DNA from: an uncultured Gammaproteobacteria bacterium
Lineage (GTDB): Bacteria > Patescibacteriota > Microgenomatia > Levybacterales > UBA12049
DNA: 64,000 nucleotides
Direction: 5' to 3'
NCBI GenBank assembly: GCA_964490105.1
Contig: CAZAZU010000003.1
Location: 245 to 64,244, forward strand
The notes under the pieces were generated by a model. It saw only the letters and a program-made list of their open reading frames with translations, ran no database searches and was not told the DNA's origin. Position 1 is the stretch's first letter, and every line of letters begins with the position of its first letter. The translations under genes and the position numbers were made by a program. Positions 55,058-64,000 of this stretch are shown here, in pieces.

Positions 55058-56229
55058 AGCCCTCACTTAAGATAATTTCAAAAGATAAATCTGCAAGAGC
55101 AGGAGTAATAAAAACTCCACATGGGGATGTTTTGACACCTGCATTTTTTCCAGTAGGCACAAAAGGGACTCTTAAGAGTATAACTGGAGCGCAAATTAGA
55201 GAGATTGGTCCTCAAGCGGTTCTTGGAAATACATATCATCTTATGCTTCAGCCAGGAGAGGAAATGGTGGCTAAGATGGGAGGTCTTTCTAGGATGATGG
55301 ATTGGAATGGTCCCACATTTACTGACAGTGGTGGATTTCAAGTTTTTTCTTTGGGAGTTGGTCTTGAAAAACCAGGAGTGAAGTTCTTAAAAGAAGATAC
55401 GGCCACAAATATTGAAGAGTCTAAGCCTCGTTTGAATAAGATCACAGAAGATGGAGTAGAGTTTCAATCTCATATTGATGGATCAAGGCATAAATTAACT
55501 CCAGAAAGCTCGATTGAAATTCAAGAAAAACTAGGCGCAGATTTAATTGTCGCATTTGATGACTTAGAATCGCCAACATACTCTAAAGCTGAAACAATGA
55601 AAAGTCTGGAGCTTACAGAAAAGTGGCTCTTAAGGTCACTAAAGGCCCAAAAGACGCACGATCAGCTTATGTATGGAGTAACTCATGGTGGGCAATTTGA
55701 AGATCTTCGTAAAAAGAGCGCGAAGTTTGTAAATGAACATTTCGATGCGATTGCACTTGGAGGCGCACATGCTTCTAAGAAAAATCTTTATGAAGTAGTC
55801 GAATGGACAGTAGAGGAATTAGATGAAGAAAAGCCAAGACATTTGCTGGGAATTGGAGAAGTGGATGATATTTTCGAAGCAGTTGAGCGAGGAATTGATA
55901 CTTTTGATTGTGTAATTCAAACAAGACTTGGACGAATGGGACATGTTTTTGTGAGTCCAAAAGAGGGAAATGTAAAAAATAGATTTAGATTTGATATCAC
56001 AAAATCTAAATTTGCTTCTGACCTAAAACCAATTGATCCTAATTGTGATTGCTATGTTTGCAAAACTTATCCGAGAGCATACATAAACCACTTGTTTAGA
56101 AGTAGGGAATTGCTAGCTTACACATTAGCCTCATATCATAATGTCTATTTCGCTGTAAGTTTGACCAATAAAATAAGACAATCTATCATCGATGGAAAGT
56201 TTGCCTCCCTCAAAAAATCCTGGATTTAA
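55054..56229 (+). CDS. tgt: tRNA-guanine transglycosylase
   Basis: NTYHL, TDSGGFQVFSL, PRHLLGIG, DTFDCV, CDCYVC..H zinc site. Confidence 0.95.
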   Translation: MKPSLKIISKDKSARAGVIKTPHGDVLTPAFFPVGTKGTLKSITGAQIREIGPQAVLGNTYHLMLQPGEEMVAKMGGLSRMMDWNGPTFTDSGGFQVFSLGVGLEKPGVKFLKEDTATNIEESKPRLNKITEDGVEFQSHIDGSRHKLTPESSIEIQEKLGADLIVAFDDLESPTYSKAETMKSLELTEKWLLRSLKAQKTHDQLMYGVTHGGQFEDLRKKSAKFVNEHFDAIALGGAHASKKNLYEVVEWTVEELDEEKPRHLLGIGEVDDIFEAVERGIDTFDCVIQTRLGRMGHVFVSPKEGNVKNRFRFDITKSKFASDLKPIDPNCDCYVCKTYPRAYINHLFRSRELLAYTLASYHNVYFAVSLTNKIRQSIIDGKFASLKKSWI

Positions 56230-56244
56230 TGCTATAATCCTCTC

Positions 56245-57225
56245 ATGGATAAGAAAAAGGTTTACAGTGGAATTCGTGCGACAGGACGCCTTCATTTAGG
56301 CAATTATTTTGGTGCCGTAAAAGGAATGCTTGAGCTTCAGGATCAATATGACTGCGTATTCTCAGTTGTTGATCTTCATGCCATAACGACCCCATATGAT
56401 CCTAAAAGCTTACAGCAAAACGTAAAAGATGTAGTATTGGATTATCTAGCAGCAGGACTTGATCCTGAAAAATGCTTGATTGAAATCCAGAGTAGGGTAC
56501 CAGAGCACACTGAGCTTGCTTATCTTTTATCTACAATTTATCCGGTGAGTCGCCTTGAAGACCTGCCGACTTATAAAGATAAAAAAGCCCAATATCCAAA
56601 ATATGTAAATATGGGACTTTTATATTATCCAGTTCTAATGGCAGCGGATATTATGCTTTATAAAGCTGAGCTTGTTCCTGTTGGGATTGATCAGGAGCCT
56701 CATTTGGAAGTGACTCGAGAGATAGCTCGTAAGTTTAATTCGGTTTATGGACCTACTTTTCCAGAGCCAGAGAGGTTTAAAACATTTGGTGAATATATCC
56801 CGTCCCTTATGGGGGAAGGGAAGATGAGTAAGACAGTTGAGGGTTCTTCCATACTTTTAACTGATAGTTTGGAGGAGATAAAAAGAAAGATTGCAGCTGT
56901 TCCCACTGATTCAGGAACAGAAGGCGGAGATCTTCCAAAAACTGGCGGAGTTGCAGCATTATTTAGTTTCCTAAAGCTATTTAATCACGCAGATTTGTAC
57001 ACTAAATATGAACAGGATTATAAAGCAGGTGCTATCAGATATTCTGAAATGAAAGCTGATGTTGCTCAGGCAATTTTTGATGTTCTAGATCCGATTCAGC
57101 AAAAAAGAAAAGAAATAGAAAGCACCTTTAATCTTGAGCGCATGATAAATGATCACACTAATATTTGCCGGGAAGTAGCCGCCAAAACACTTTTAGAAAC
57201 AAAACAAAAAATGGGCCTCGTTTAG
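56245..57225 (+). CDS. trpS: Tryptophanyl-tRNA synthetase
   Basis: HLGNY, DLHAIT, YPVLMAADI, VPVGIDQ, KMSKT. Confidence 0.97.
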   Translation: MDKKKVYSGIRATGRLHLGNYFGAVKGMLELQDQYDCVFSVVDLHAITTPYDPKSLQQNVKDVVLDYLAAGLDPEKCLIEIQSRVPEHTELAYLLSTIYPVSRLEDLPTYKDKKAQYPKYVNMGLLYYPVLMAADIMLYKAELVPVGIDQEPHLEVTREIARKFNSVYGPTFPEPERFKTFGEYIPSLMGEGKMSKTVEGSSILLTDSLEEIKRKIAAVPTDSGTEGGDLPKTGGVAALFSFLKLFNHADLYTKYEQDYKAGAIRYSEMKADVAQAIFDVLDPIQQKRKEIESTFNLERMINDHTNICREVAAKTLLETKQKMGLV

Positions 57226-57264
57226 CTTTAAATTTAAGCCCAAGTGTGATATACTTTTTCATCA

Positions 57265-59133
57265 ATGGCAGCAGGCAGAAAAACAAAGAAAACGCTTTTC
57301 CCCAAGCTTAATAAAAAAGTAAAGAACTGGAAAAATCTTCTTATCTATGGATCTGTTTTTATTTTCCTAGGACTTCTGTTTATAGGTGTGAATCAGCCTA
57401 CAGCTACTCAAGATTCAGTTCCTTTGTCACAAGCGATTCAGGAAGTTAAAAGAGGAAACGTAAAAGAGATTGAGGTTCATGATAATAAGCTTGTTTTAAA
57501 GCTTGACGATAAAAATGTAGAAGCTTTTAAGGAGCCGGGTTCAAATGTATATACTCTTTTTAAGGATGCAGGAGTGGATCTAAGTAAAACAAAGGTAAGT
57601 ATTAATGATAAAACCACATTAAATAACTGGATTAGTATTTTTGCATCTCTTCTTCCGATTCTTTTAATGGTAGGTTTCTTCTACTTTATTTTTAGACAGG
57701 CTAGAGGAGCGCAGGATAGCGTATTCTCTTTTGGTCAATCAAAAGCTAAGCTTTACAGTAAAGATACTCCAAAGATTTCATTCGCAGACGTAGCTGGAGT
57801 TGATGAGGCTAAAAAAGAACTAGAGGAAATAGTAGACTTCTTAAAAAACCCAGGTAAATATAAAAGTATTGGCGCAAGAACTCCAAAAGGAGTTCTTATG
57901 ATTGGACCTGCTGGAACTGGAAAAACACTTCTAGCTCGTGCTACAGCTGGAGAGGCAAACGTTCCTTTTTTCTCAATTGCAGGATCAGAATTTATGGAAA
58001 TGTTGGTCGGAGTTGGAGCAAGTCGAGTTCGTGATTTGTTTGGAACAGCTAAGAAAAGTCAGCCTGCAATTATTTTTATAGATGAAATTGATGCAATCGG
58101 AAGACAAAGGAGCTCTGGATTTATGGGAGGACATGATGAGCGCGAACAAACATTGAATCAGATTTTGGTCGAGATGGACGGATTTTCTCCAAATGAACAA
58201 TTGGTAGTTATGGCTGCAACTAATAGACCTGATATTTTGGATCCTGCACTCGTTCGTCCGGGTCGTTTTGATCGCCGTGTTGCTTTAGAGCTTCCAGATG
58301 TAGAGGGAAGAAAAAATATCTTACAAATTCACGCTAAGAATAAGCCAATGGATGTGAAAGTGGACTGGGATAAAGTAGCGAAGAGAACTGTCGGATTTTC
58401 AGGAGCAGATCTGGAAAATATGCTTAATGAAGCCGCGATTAGAGCTGCAAGAAATAACAGAAAAAAGGTAGATATGTCAGATCTTGAGGAAGCAGCTACC
58501 AAGGTAAAGCTAGGCCCTGAAAAGAAAAGACTTCAAACAGATATGGATAGGAAAATGACAGCGTATCATGAAGCAGGACACGCATTGGTGGGTTGGGAAA
58601 TGCCTCACATAGATCCAATTCATAGAATCTCAATTGTCTCTAGGGGAATGAGTCTTGGGCATACTATGACAGAGCCAATTGATAGAGTTCATGAAACTAA
58701 GTCACATCTTATTGAGGAAATCGCGATGATGCTTGGAGGCCAAGCTGCTGAAAGAATCGTATTTAATGACATCACAACTGGAGCATCAAATGATATCGAG
58801 AGAGCGACAAATATAGCGCGAGCTATGGTTATGAGATTTGGAATGAGTAGTCTTGGACCAGTTACTTTAGAGGTTCAAAAAGAAAGTCCATATGACACAG
58901 ATAGTCTTTCTCCTGAAATGCAGGCAAAAGTAGATAATGAGGTTAAGAAGATTATTGATGAGGGGCTAGAAGAGGCGACTAAGGTTCTTAAGAGACTAAG
59001 AAAAAAGCTGGATTTATTAGCTGAAGAGCTTCTAAAACAGGAGACAATAGAGTCTGAAGGATTTGAAAAGCTAATAGGACCTAAAAAAATGCTTCCGGGC
59101 CATAAGCCTGCCATCCTCCCAATCGAAGCCTAA
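57265..59133 (+). CDS. ftsH: ATP-dependent zinc metalloprotease FtsH
   Basis: 2 [28 protein letters not shown]. Confidence 0.97.
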   Translation: MAAGRKTKKTLFPKLNKKVKNWKNLLIYGSVFIFLGLLFIGVNQPTATQDSVPLSQAIQEVKRGNVKEIEVHDNKLVLKLDDKNVEAFKEPGSNVYTLFKDAGVDLSKTKVSINDKTTLNNWISIFASLLPILLMVGFFYFIFRQARGAQDSVFSFGQSKAKLYSKDTPKISFADVAGVDEAKKELEEIVDFLKNPGKYKSIGARTPKGVLMIGPAGTGKTLLARATAGEANVPFFSIAGSEFMEMLVGVGASRVRDLFGTAKKSQPAIIFIDEIDAIGRQRSSGFMGGHDEREQTLNQILVEMDGFSPNEQLVVMAATNRPDILDPALVRPGRFDRRVALELPDVEGRKNILQIHAKNKPMDVKVDWDKVAKRTVGFSGADLENMLNEAAIRAARNNRKKVDMSDLEEAATKVKLGPEKKRLQTDMDRKMTAYHEAGHALVGWEMPHIDPIHRISIVSRGMSLGHTMTEPIDRVHETKSHLIEEIAMMLGGQAAERIVFNDITTGASNDIERATNIARAMVMRFGMSSLGPVTLEVQKESPYDTDSLSPEMQAKVDNEVKKIIDEGLEEATKVLKRLRKKLDLLAEELLKQETIESEGFEKLIGPKKMLPGHKPAILPIEA

Positions 59134-59175
59134 TACCTCTTGACAATTGAGTAAAAAAGTATAACAATTGCGTCA

Positions 59176-59778
59176 GTGAAGCAATTCGACAAAATCGGCC
59201 TTATTAAACATGCTTGGGAGCTAGTTAAAAAGAACGCTAAATTAGTAGCGCTTTTAATGGTGGCTTTTGTGGGCTATCAAATAATTCAAGGAGTAGTTCA
59301 GGGATTTTTTGGAGAAGGCATGCTCGCTTCATTAGTATCTTTAGGTTTTACTGTTTTAACTCTTTTCTTCCAAATTGGATTCATTAAGATAATCTTAAAG
59401 CTAATTGACGGTCATAAAGCTGAAATTACTGAGTTATGGGCATATCCTCAGTATCTTCTTAGGATGATTGGAGCCACAATCGTTTATACGATAATTGTGG
59501 CTATAGGATTTATTTTATTAATAATTCCTGGAATTTATCTGGCGTTAAGGCTTCAATTCTATAGTTATTACATAGTAGATAAAAACGCAGGAGCAATGGA
59601 TTCACTTAGAATGAGCTGGAAAGCAACTGATAAGAATGTAATTAATATATTCTTATTTATGCTTTTAATAATCGGAATAAATATTCTTGGGGCCTTAGCT
59701 TTAGTGGTTGGACTTCTAATTACTATTCCAGTTTCATTTATCGCAGTTACTCTTCTTTATAGAAAACTCTCCGCTTAA
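59176..59778 (+). CDS. Integral membrane protein (DUF975-like)
   Basis: Multiple TM, LLIIPGIY..SLRMSW. Confidence 0.75.
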   Translation: MKQFDKIGLIKHAWELVKKNAKLVALLMVAFVGYQIIQGVVQGFFGEGMLASLVSLGFTVLTLFFQIGFIKIILKLIDGHKAEITELWAYPQYLLRMIGATIVYTIIVAIGFILLIIPGIYLALRLQFYSYYIVDKNAGAMDSLRMSWKATDKNVINIFLFMLLIIGINILGALALVVGLLITIPVSFIAVTLLYRKLSA

Positions 59779-59808
59779 GTTTATCTCCAAACTTGCTATA
59801 ATCCAACT

Positions 59809-60741
59809 ATGTCAAAGCTCGTTTTAGTTGATGGTAATGCTATAGTTCACCGAGCGTATCATGCGCTTCCTCCGCTTCACAAGACTGAAGATGGTCAATT
59901 AACTAACGCAGTATACGGCTTTTTCTCAATGGTTTTAAAGATTACTGCAGATCTTGCTCCAGATCATCTAATTGTTTGCTTTGATCGTGCGGCTCCTACT
60001 TTTAGAAAGCAAATGTTTTCAGGTTATCAGGCGACAAGACCAAAGATGGATGATGGTCTTTCAAATCAATTTAAGATAATTAGGGAGGTTTTAGATAAGG
60101 TTAAAATATCTGTTTTTGATCTTGATGGGTATGAAGCAGATGATCTTATCGGAACTTTAGCAAAACAGGCTGCAGAAGAGAATAAAGAAAACCAAGTAAT
60201 AATTGTAACAGGAGATCGTGATTTACTTCAGTTGGTTAATTCTCAGGTTTTAATACTTGCTCCAATAATTGGAGTTACGAAAATGATTTTATTTGACTCC
60301 GATAAAGTAAAAGAAAAATATGGAGTTGATCCGTCTCATTTTGTAGATTATAAAGCGCTCATTGGGGATAATTCTGATAATTATCCTGGGGTTGGGGGGA
60401 TTGGTCCAAAGACAGCTGTAGATTTAGTAAATAAATTTGGAACACTTGAGGAGATTTATGAGAATTTAGGAGAGGTGAGTCCTAGAATTTCTGAAAAACT
60501 TGCAACTGACGCAGAGCAAGCAGTTATGGCTAAAAAACTTGCAATGATTGAAGTAAATGCGCCGATTCATCTTAAGTTTAACAATTGTGAAGTTAAGAGT
60601 ATAGATCGAGAGGCTTTACTTTCTTCGTTTGAAAAGCTAGATTTTAATAGTCTAATTACGAGATTTAAATTAGATCAAAAACCGAAAGTAGAAAAACCTA
60701 AAAAAACAGAGCCTAGTAAAGATCAATTAGGATTATTATGA
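59809..60741 (+). CDS. Stand-alone 5'-3' exonuclease (Pol I N-terminal domain)
   Basis: LVDGN..RAYHA, EADDLIG, TGDRD, GDNSDNYPGVGGIGPKTA. Confidence 0.93.
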   Translation: MSKLVLVDGNAIVHRAYHALPPLHKTEDGQLTNAVYGFFSMVLKITADLAPDHLIVCFDRAAPTFRKQMFSGYQATRPKMDDGLSNQFKIIREVLDKVKISVFDLDGYEADDLIGTLAKQAAEENKENQVIIVTGDRDLLQLVNSQVLILAPIIGVTKMILFDSDKVKEKYGVDPSHFVDYKALIGDNSDNYPGVGGIGPKTAVDLVNKFGTLEEIYENLGEVSPRISEKLATDAEQAVMAKKLAMIEVNAPIHLKFNNCEVKSIDREALLSSFEKLDFNSLITRFKLDQKPKVEKPKKTEPSKDQLGLL

Positions 60742-61841
60742 AGGTTGCAATAGTACACGATTACATTAAGGAGTATGGAGGCGCTGAGCGCGTGTTGGAG
60801 TCATTACATAATGTATTTCCAAATGCTCCAATTTACACTTCTGTCTATTTGCCTAAATATCTTGGGCCTCACAAAGAGCGATTTGAAAAGTTTGATATCA
60901 GGACTTCCTGGGCTCAAAATCTGCCATTTAAAGCAAAACTTATTAGCCCACTTCGCTTAATTGCTCCTCTAATTTTTGATTCTATGGATTTTTCTAAATA
61001 TGATGTGATTATTGTTTCTGCGACTGGAGCATATAATCCAAATTTTATAAATAAAAAGAACGCGAAAGTTATTTGTTATTGTCACACGCCGCCTCGTTAT
61101 TTATATGGTTATGAGACAGCTAGGAATTGGAGAAAAAATATAATTACTAGAGTAATTGGCTCTCTTTCTATTCATTTTCTTAGGATCATTGACCATAGGT
61201 CTTCACAAAATGTTGATCAATTCATAGCTAATTCTAATAATACAAAAGCTAGAATTGAAAAATTCTACAGAAAAGATTCAGTTGTTATTTATCCTCCAGT
61301 AGAAGTTTCAAGTGGCGCCGTAGAGAAGGGGGATTATTACTTAGCTGGAGGAAGAATTGCTAGGGCAAAACATCCAGATCTTATAATGCGAGCATTTCTT
61401 AAAAATGGACTTCCTTTGAAAGTTTTTGGAAAAAGTTTTGGAGGATATGAAAAAGAAATTGCAGATTTATTAAAAGAAAAAGGATCGAATGTTGAATATC
61501 TAGGGGAGATAAGTGACACTGAGAAAGACAAATTAATGAAGGGTGCAAAAGGCTTTATTTTTGCCTCACTTGATGAGGATTTTGGGATAATTCCAGTTGA
61601 ATCTATGATGAATGGGACTCCGGTTATCGCTCATAAATCAGGCGGAGTAATTGAGACTGTAGTAGAGGGAAAAACCGGGGTATTTTTTGACGACCTAACA
61701 ATTGAAAGTATAAACAGTGCGATCAAAAAATTTGAAAAAATAAAGTTTAATGCTTCGGAACTACAAAAACACGCAGATAAATTTAGTAAAAAAAGATTTG
61801 AAAAAGAGATAAAAGATTTTGTTGACAAAGTTACAAGATAG
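60738..61841 (+). CDS. Glycosyltransferase family 4
   Basis: HDY..GGAERVL, EDFGIIPVESM..GTPVIA. Confidence 0.92.
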   Translation: MKVAIVHDYIKEYGGAERVLESLHNVFPNAPIYTSVYLPKYLGPHKERFEKFDIRTSWAQNLPFKAKLISPLRLIAPLIFDSMDFSKYDVIIVSATGAYNPNFINKKNAKVICYCHTPPRYLYGYETARNWRKNIITRVIGSLSIHFLRIIDHRSSQNVDQFIANSNNTKARIEKFYRKDSVVIYPPVEVSSGAVEKGDYYLAGGRIARAKHPDLIMRAFLKNGLPLKVFGKSFGGYEKEIADLLKEKGSNVEYLGEISDTEKDKLMKGAKGFIFASLDEDFGIIPVESMMNGTPVIAHKSGGVIETVVEGKTGVFFDDLTIESINSAIKKFEKIKFNASELQKHADKFSKKRFEKEIKDFVDKVTR

Positions 61842-61856
61842 AGCTATAAACTCCTA

Positions 61857-62147
61857 ATGTCAGATTTAGAAAGAGATGTTCCTAGGGCAGTAAAGTGGAT
61901 TGAATTAATTGTCCCAAATGGAACCCCAGAATTTAAAATAAGGAGAAGAACTCAGATGGTAGCGAATTATCATTTTGAAGGGGCAATAATTGAGGCTATG
62001 GATGTGTTTGGTACAATTGCTATGTCGACAGTAAGTATAGAAGCAGTTAGGCCAGAAAGAGTAGGCGCTTTAAATCTTAAAGAAGAAAGAATAGGAAGAA
62101 TAGTTGATGCTCTAAAACCGGTCATAGAGGATGTAGAAGATGCCTGA
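61857..62147 (+). CDS. Hypothetical protein
   Basis: Fills the gap, overlaps the mutM start, TATAAA 6 nt before the ATG. Confidence 0.55.
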   Translation: MSDLERDVPRAVKWIELIVPNGTPEFKIRRRTQMVANYHFEGAIIEAMDVFGTIAMSTVSIEAVRPERVGALNLKEERIGRIVDALKPVIEDVEDA

Positions 62148-62982
62148 ATTACCAGAAGTAGAAACAGTTAAATTGGGACTCCAAAAATATTTAAAAGGTC
62201 ATAAATTTGTTGATGTTGAAATATTATCTAAGGGAATATTTGATGGAGATCCGAAAGATATAATAGGCTCAAGAGTTATTGAAATTAAGCGTTTTGGTAA
62301 AGGCTTGGTAATTGATTTGGATAATGGTAAAAGTTTGGCCATACATATAAAACTAACTGGACAAGTTATCTATAGAGATCCAAAAACGGCGAAAGTTCCA
62401 GTAAGTCCTCAAAAAGTAAAAACTCTTCCAAATAATGCGACTAGAATTATCTTTAAGTTAGATCGCGACGCAATTTTATATTTTAATGATCTTCGCAAGT
62501 TCGCATGGATAAGAGTTCTTCCTACAGAAAAAGTAATGGAAATGCCATTTTTTAAGAATATGGGACCTGAGCCATTTAAAGATTTAACTTATGAGAAGTT
62601 TGAAAAGATAATCAGTAATTCAAAGATTGTCGTTAAGCCTTTAATTATGGATCAAACAAGAATTGGGGGAATTGGAAATATTTATGCAAATGACGCGTTG
62701 TTTTTAGCGAAAATTGATCCCAGAAGACGCGCTAATACGTTAATTTTGCCTGAAATAAAAAAACTTTATGACGCAGTTTTAAGTGTTATGGAGAAAAGTA
62801 TGAAGTACGGTGGCGCATCGGAGCTAAATTTTGTAAATGTGATGGGACAGGAGGGAGAATATCAAATGCATTCTCTTGTCTATGGGAAAAAAGGAAAGCC
62901 TTGTTCTAATTGTAAAAATGAAATTAAGAAAATATTCCTAGGAGGACGGGGAACTTTCTTTTGTCCCACCTGCCAAAGCTAA
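62140..62982 (+). CDS. mutM: Formamidopyrimidine-DNA glycosylase
   Basis: MPELPEVE, GIGNIYA, C-terminal zinc finger RGTFFCPTCQ. Confidence 0.97.
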   Translation: MPELPEVETVKLGLQKYLKGHKFVDVEILSKGIFDGDPKDIIGSRVIEIKRFGKGLVIDLDNGKSLAIHIKLTGQVIYRDPKTAKVPVSPQKVKTLPNNATRIIFKLDRDAILYFNDLRKFAWIRVLPTEKVMEMPFFKNMGPEPFKDLTYEKFEKIISNSKIVVKPLIMDQTRIGGIGNIYANDALFLAKIDPRRRANTLILPEIKKLYDAVLSVMEKSMKYGGASELNFVNVMGQEGEYQMHSLVYGKKGKPCSNCKNEIKKIFLGGRGTFFCPTCQS

Positions 62983-63106
62983 AGCTTAGGCGATTGCGGG
63001 CAGGGAGAATTGTCAGAAATAATCTTCCCTTATTGACTGTTTTAGGGGATTGGAATAGAATTAGTGCTAACAAAGTACCCTTTAGGGTCTTTTTTTAAGC
63101 TTATTT

Positions 63107-63814
63107 ATGGGTTCAAACTATACAGATAAGGTCGTAATCTCGGTCGGAGGATCTCTTATTTACCCCGACGGAGGAATTGACACTAAGTTCCTCGAAAAGC
63201 TTAATAAGTTCGTAAGAGAACAGTTGGCGGCAAATCCTAACCGCCAATTTTTTTTGATAACAGGAGGAGGAACTATCGCTCGTCATTATAGAGATGCAGG
63301 AGCAGAAGTAATAAAACATGAGCTTACCCGAGACGATTTAGATTGGCTAGGAATCCACGCCACAAAAATGAACGCCCATTTAGTTAGAACAATTTTTAGA
63401 GATATAGCTCATCCATTTGTACTTAAGCATTATGAAATTATTAGAAAGGTCGAGGAAAGAGTAGTCGTCGCATCCGGATGGAAGCCTGGATGGTCGACTG
63501 ACTACTGTTCTGTAATGATTTGTGAAGACTACGGAATAAAAACCCTCATTAACCTCTCCAATATAGACCAAGTTTACAACGATGACCCCAGAAAAAATCC
63601 AGACGCAAAACCACTTGATAAGATTTCATGGACTGATTTTAGAAAAATGGTGGGAGATGAGTGGATTCCTGGAATGAACTCTCCATTTGATCCGATCGCT
63701 TCTAAGAAAGCGCATGAATTAGGAGTAAAAGTGGTAGTTTTAAATGGAAATAATATGGAAAATCTTGAAAATTACTTCAACGGAAAAGACTTCAAAGGTA
63801 CTGTGATAGAATAG
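63107..63814 (+). CDS. pyrH: UMP kinase (archaeal-type)
   Basis: SVGGS, GGGTIARHY, DWLGIHAT, PGWSTD, PFDPIA. Confidence 0.92.
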   Translation: MGSNYTDKVVISVGGSLIYPDGGIDTKFLEKLNKFVREQLAANPNRQFFLITGGGTIARHYRDAGAEVIKHELTRDDLDWLGIHATKMNAHLVRTIFRDIAHPFVLKHYEIIRKVEERVVVASGWKPGWSTDYCSVMICEDYGIKTLINLSNIDQVYNDDPRKNPDAKPLDKISWTDFRKMVGDEWIPGMNSPFDPIASKKAHELGVKVVVLNGNNMENLENYFNGKDFKGTVIE

Positions 63815-63818
63815 GCTC

Positions 63819-64000
63819 GTGCTATCCCATCTTACTCTTCAAAACTTTCGCAATTATAAGAAATCTAGCTTTGATTTTAAAGATAAGTCTTTAATAATAA
63901 TTGGCCCAAATACCGCAGGAAAATCAAATCTCATAGAGTCGATTTTTCTTTTATCTACTGGAAAAAGTTTTAGAGCTGAAAAAGATTCTCAGATGGTAAA
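63819..64000 (+). CDS. recF: DNA replication/repair protein RecF (N-terminal part, not in ORF track)
   Basis: GTG start; translates to MLSHLTLQNFRNY..IGPNTAGKSNLIESIFLLSTGKSFR. Confidence 0.9.
   Translation, partial: MLSHLTLQNFRNYKKSSFDFKDKSLIIIGPNTAGKSNLIESIFLLSTGKSFRAEKDSQMV

Noticed and set aside
1028-63571. Numerous short antisense or alternate-frame ORFs in the track
   Set aside because: They are shadows of well-supported genes and carry no recognisable motifs.
1-64000. CRISPR array, rRNA, IS element or genetic code 25
   Set aside because: No spaced direct repeats, rRNA or transposase seen. TGA terminates pgk and cmk, and conserved genes are uninterrupted under code 11.

Overview
Chromosomal segment of a small-genome bacterium, most likely Patescibacteria/CPR of the Microgenomates type. 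This is inferred from gene content: a PrgI/VirB4/pilin locus, archaeal-type cmk and pyrH, a stand-alone 5'-3' exonuclease and CPR-type DUFs. TGA is used as stop (pgk, cmk), so the code is 11. The window opens at the replication origin (end of dnaA, oriC, dnaN). Next is a chromosomal T4SS/conjugation-like locus with no relaxase in view: metallopeptidase, lysozyme-like protein, VirB4, PrgI, five VirB2-like pilins, an AAA-wHTH regulator and a VirB6-like gene, with a VirD4-like gene about 30 kb away. The rest holds a Ser/Arg tRNA cluster, tmRNA-smpB, cell-wall genes, an nrdR-nrdJ-cobalamin riboswitch-B12 salvage module and housekeeping genes ending in recF. Highlights: (1) two pilins share an identical 349-bp constant C-terminal cassette behind different Cys-rich ectodomains, one with a knottin-like motif; (2) unusual tRNAs, namely Ser(ACT), Ile(TAT), Arg(GCG) and a degenerate initiator tRNA; (3) a compact B12-scavenging operon attached to nrdJ; (4) pervasive leaderless promoters; (5) an unassigned structured RNA upstream of tRNA-Met. 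All calls come from reading the sequence by eye; no searches were run.
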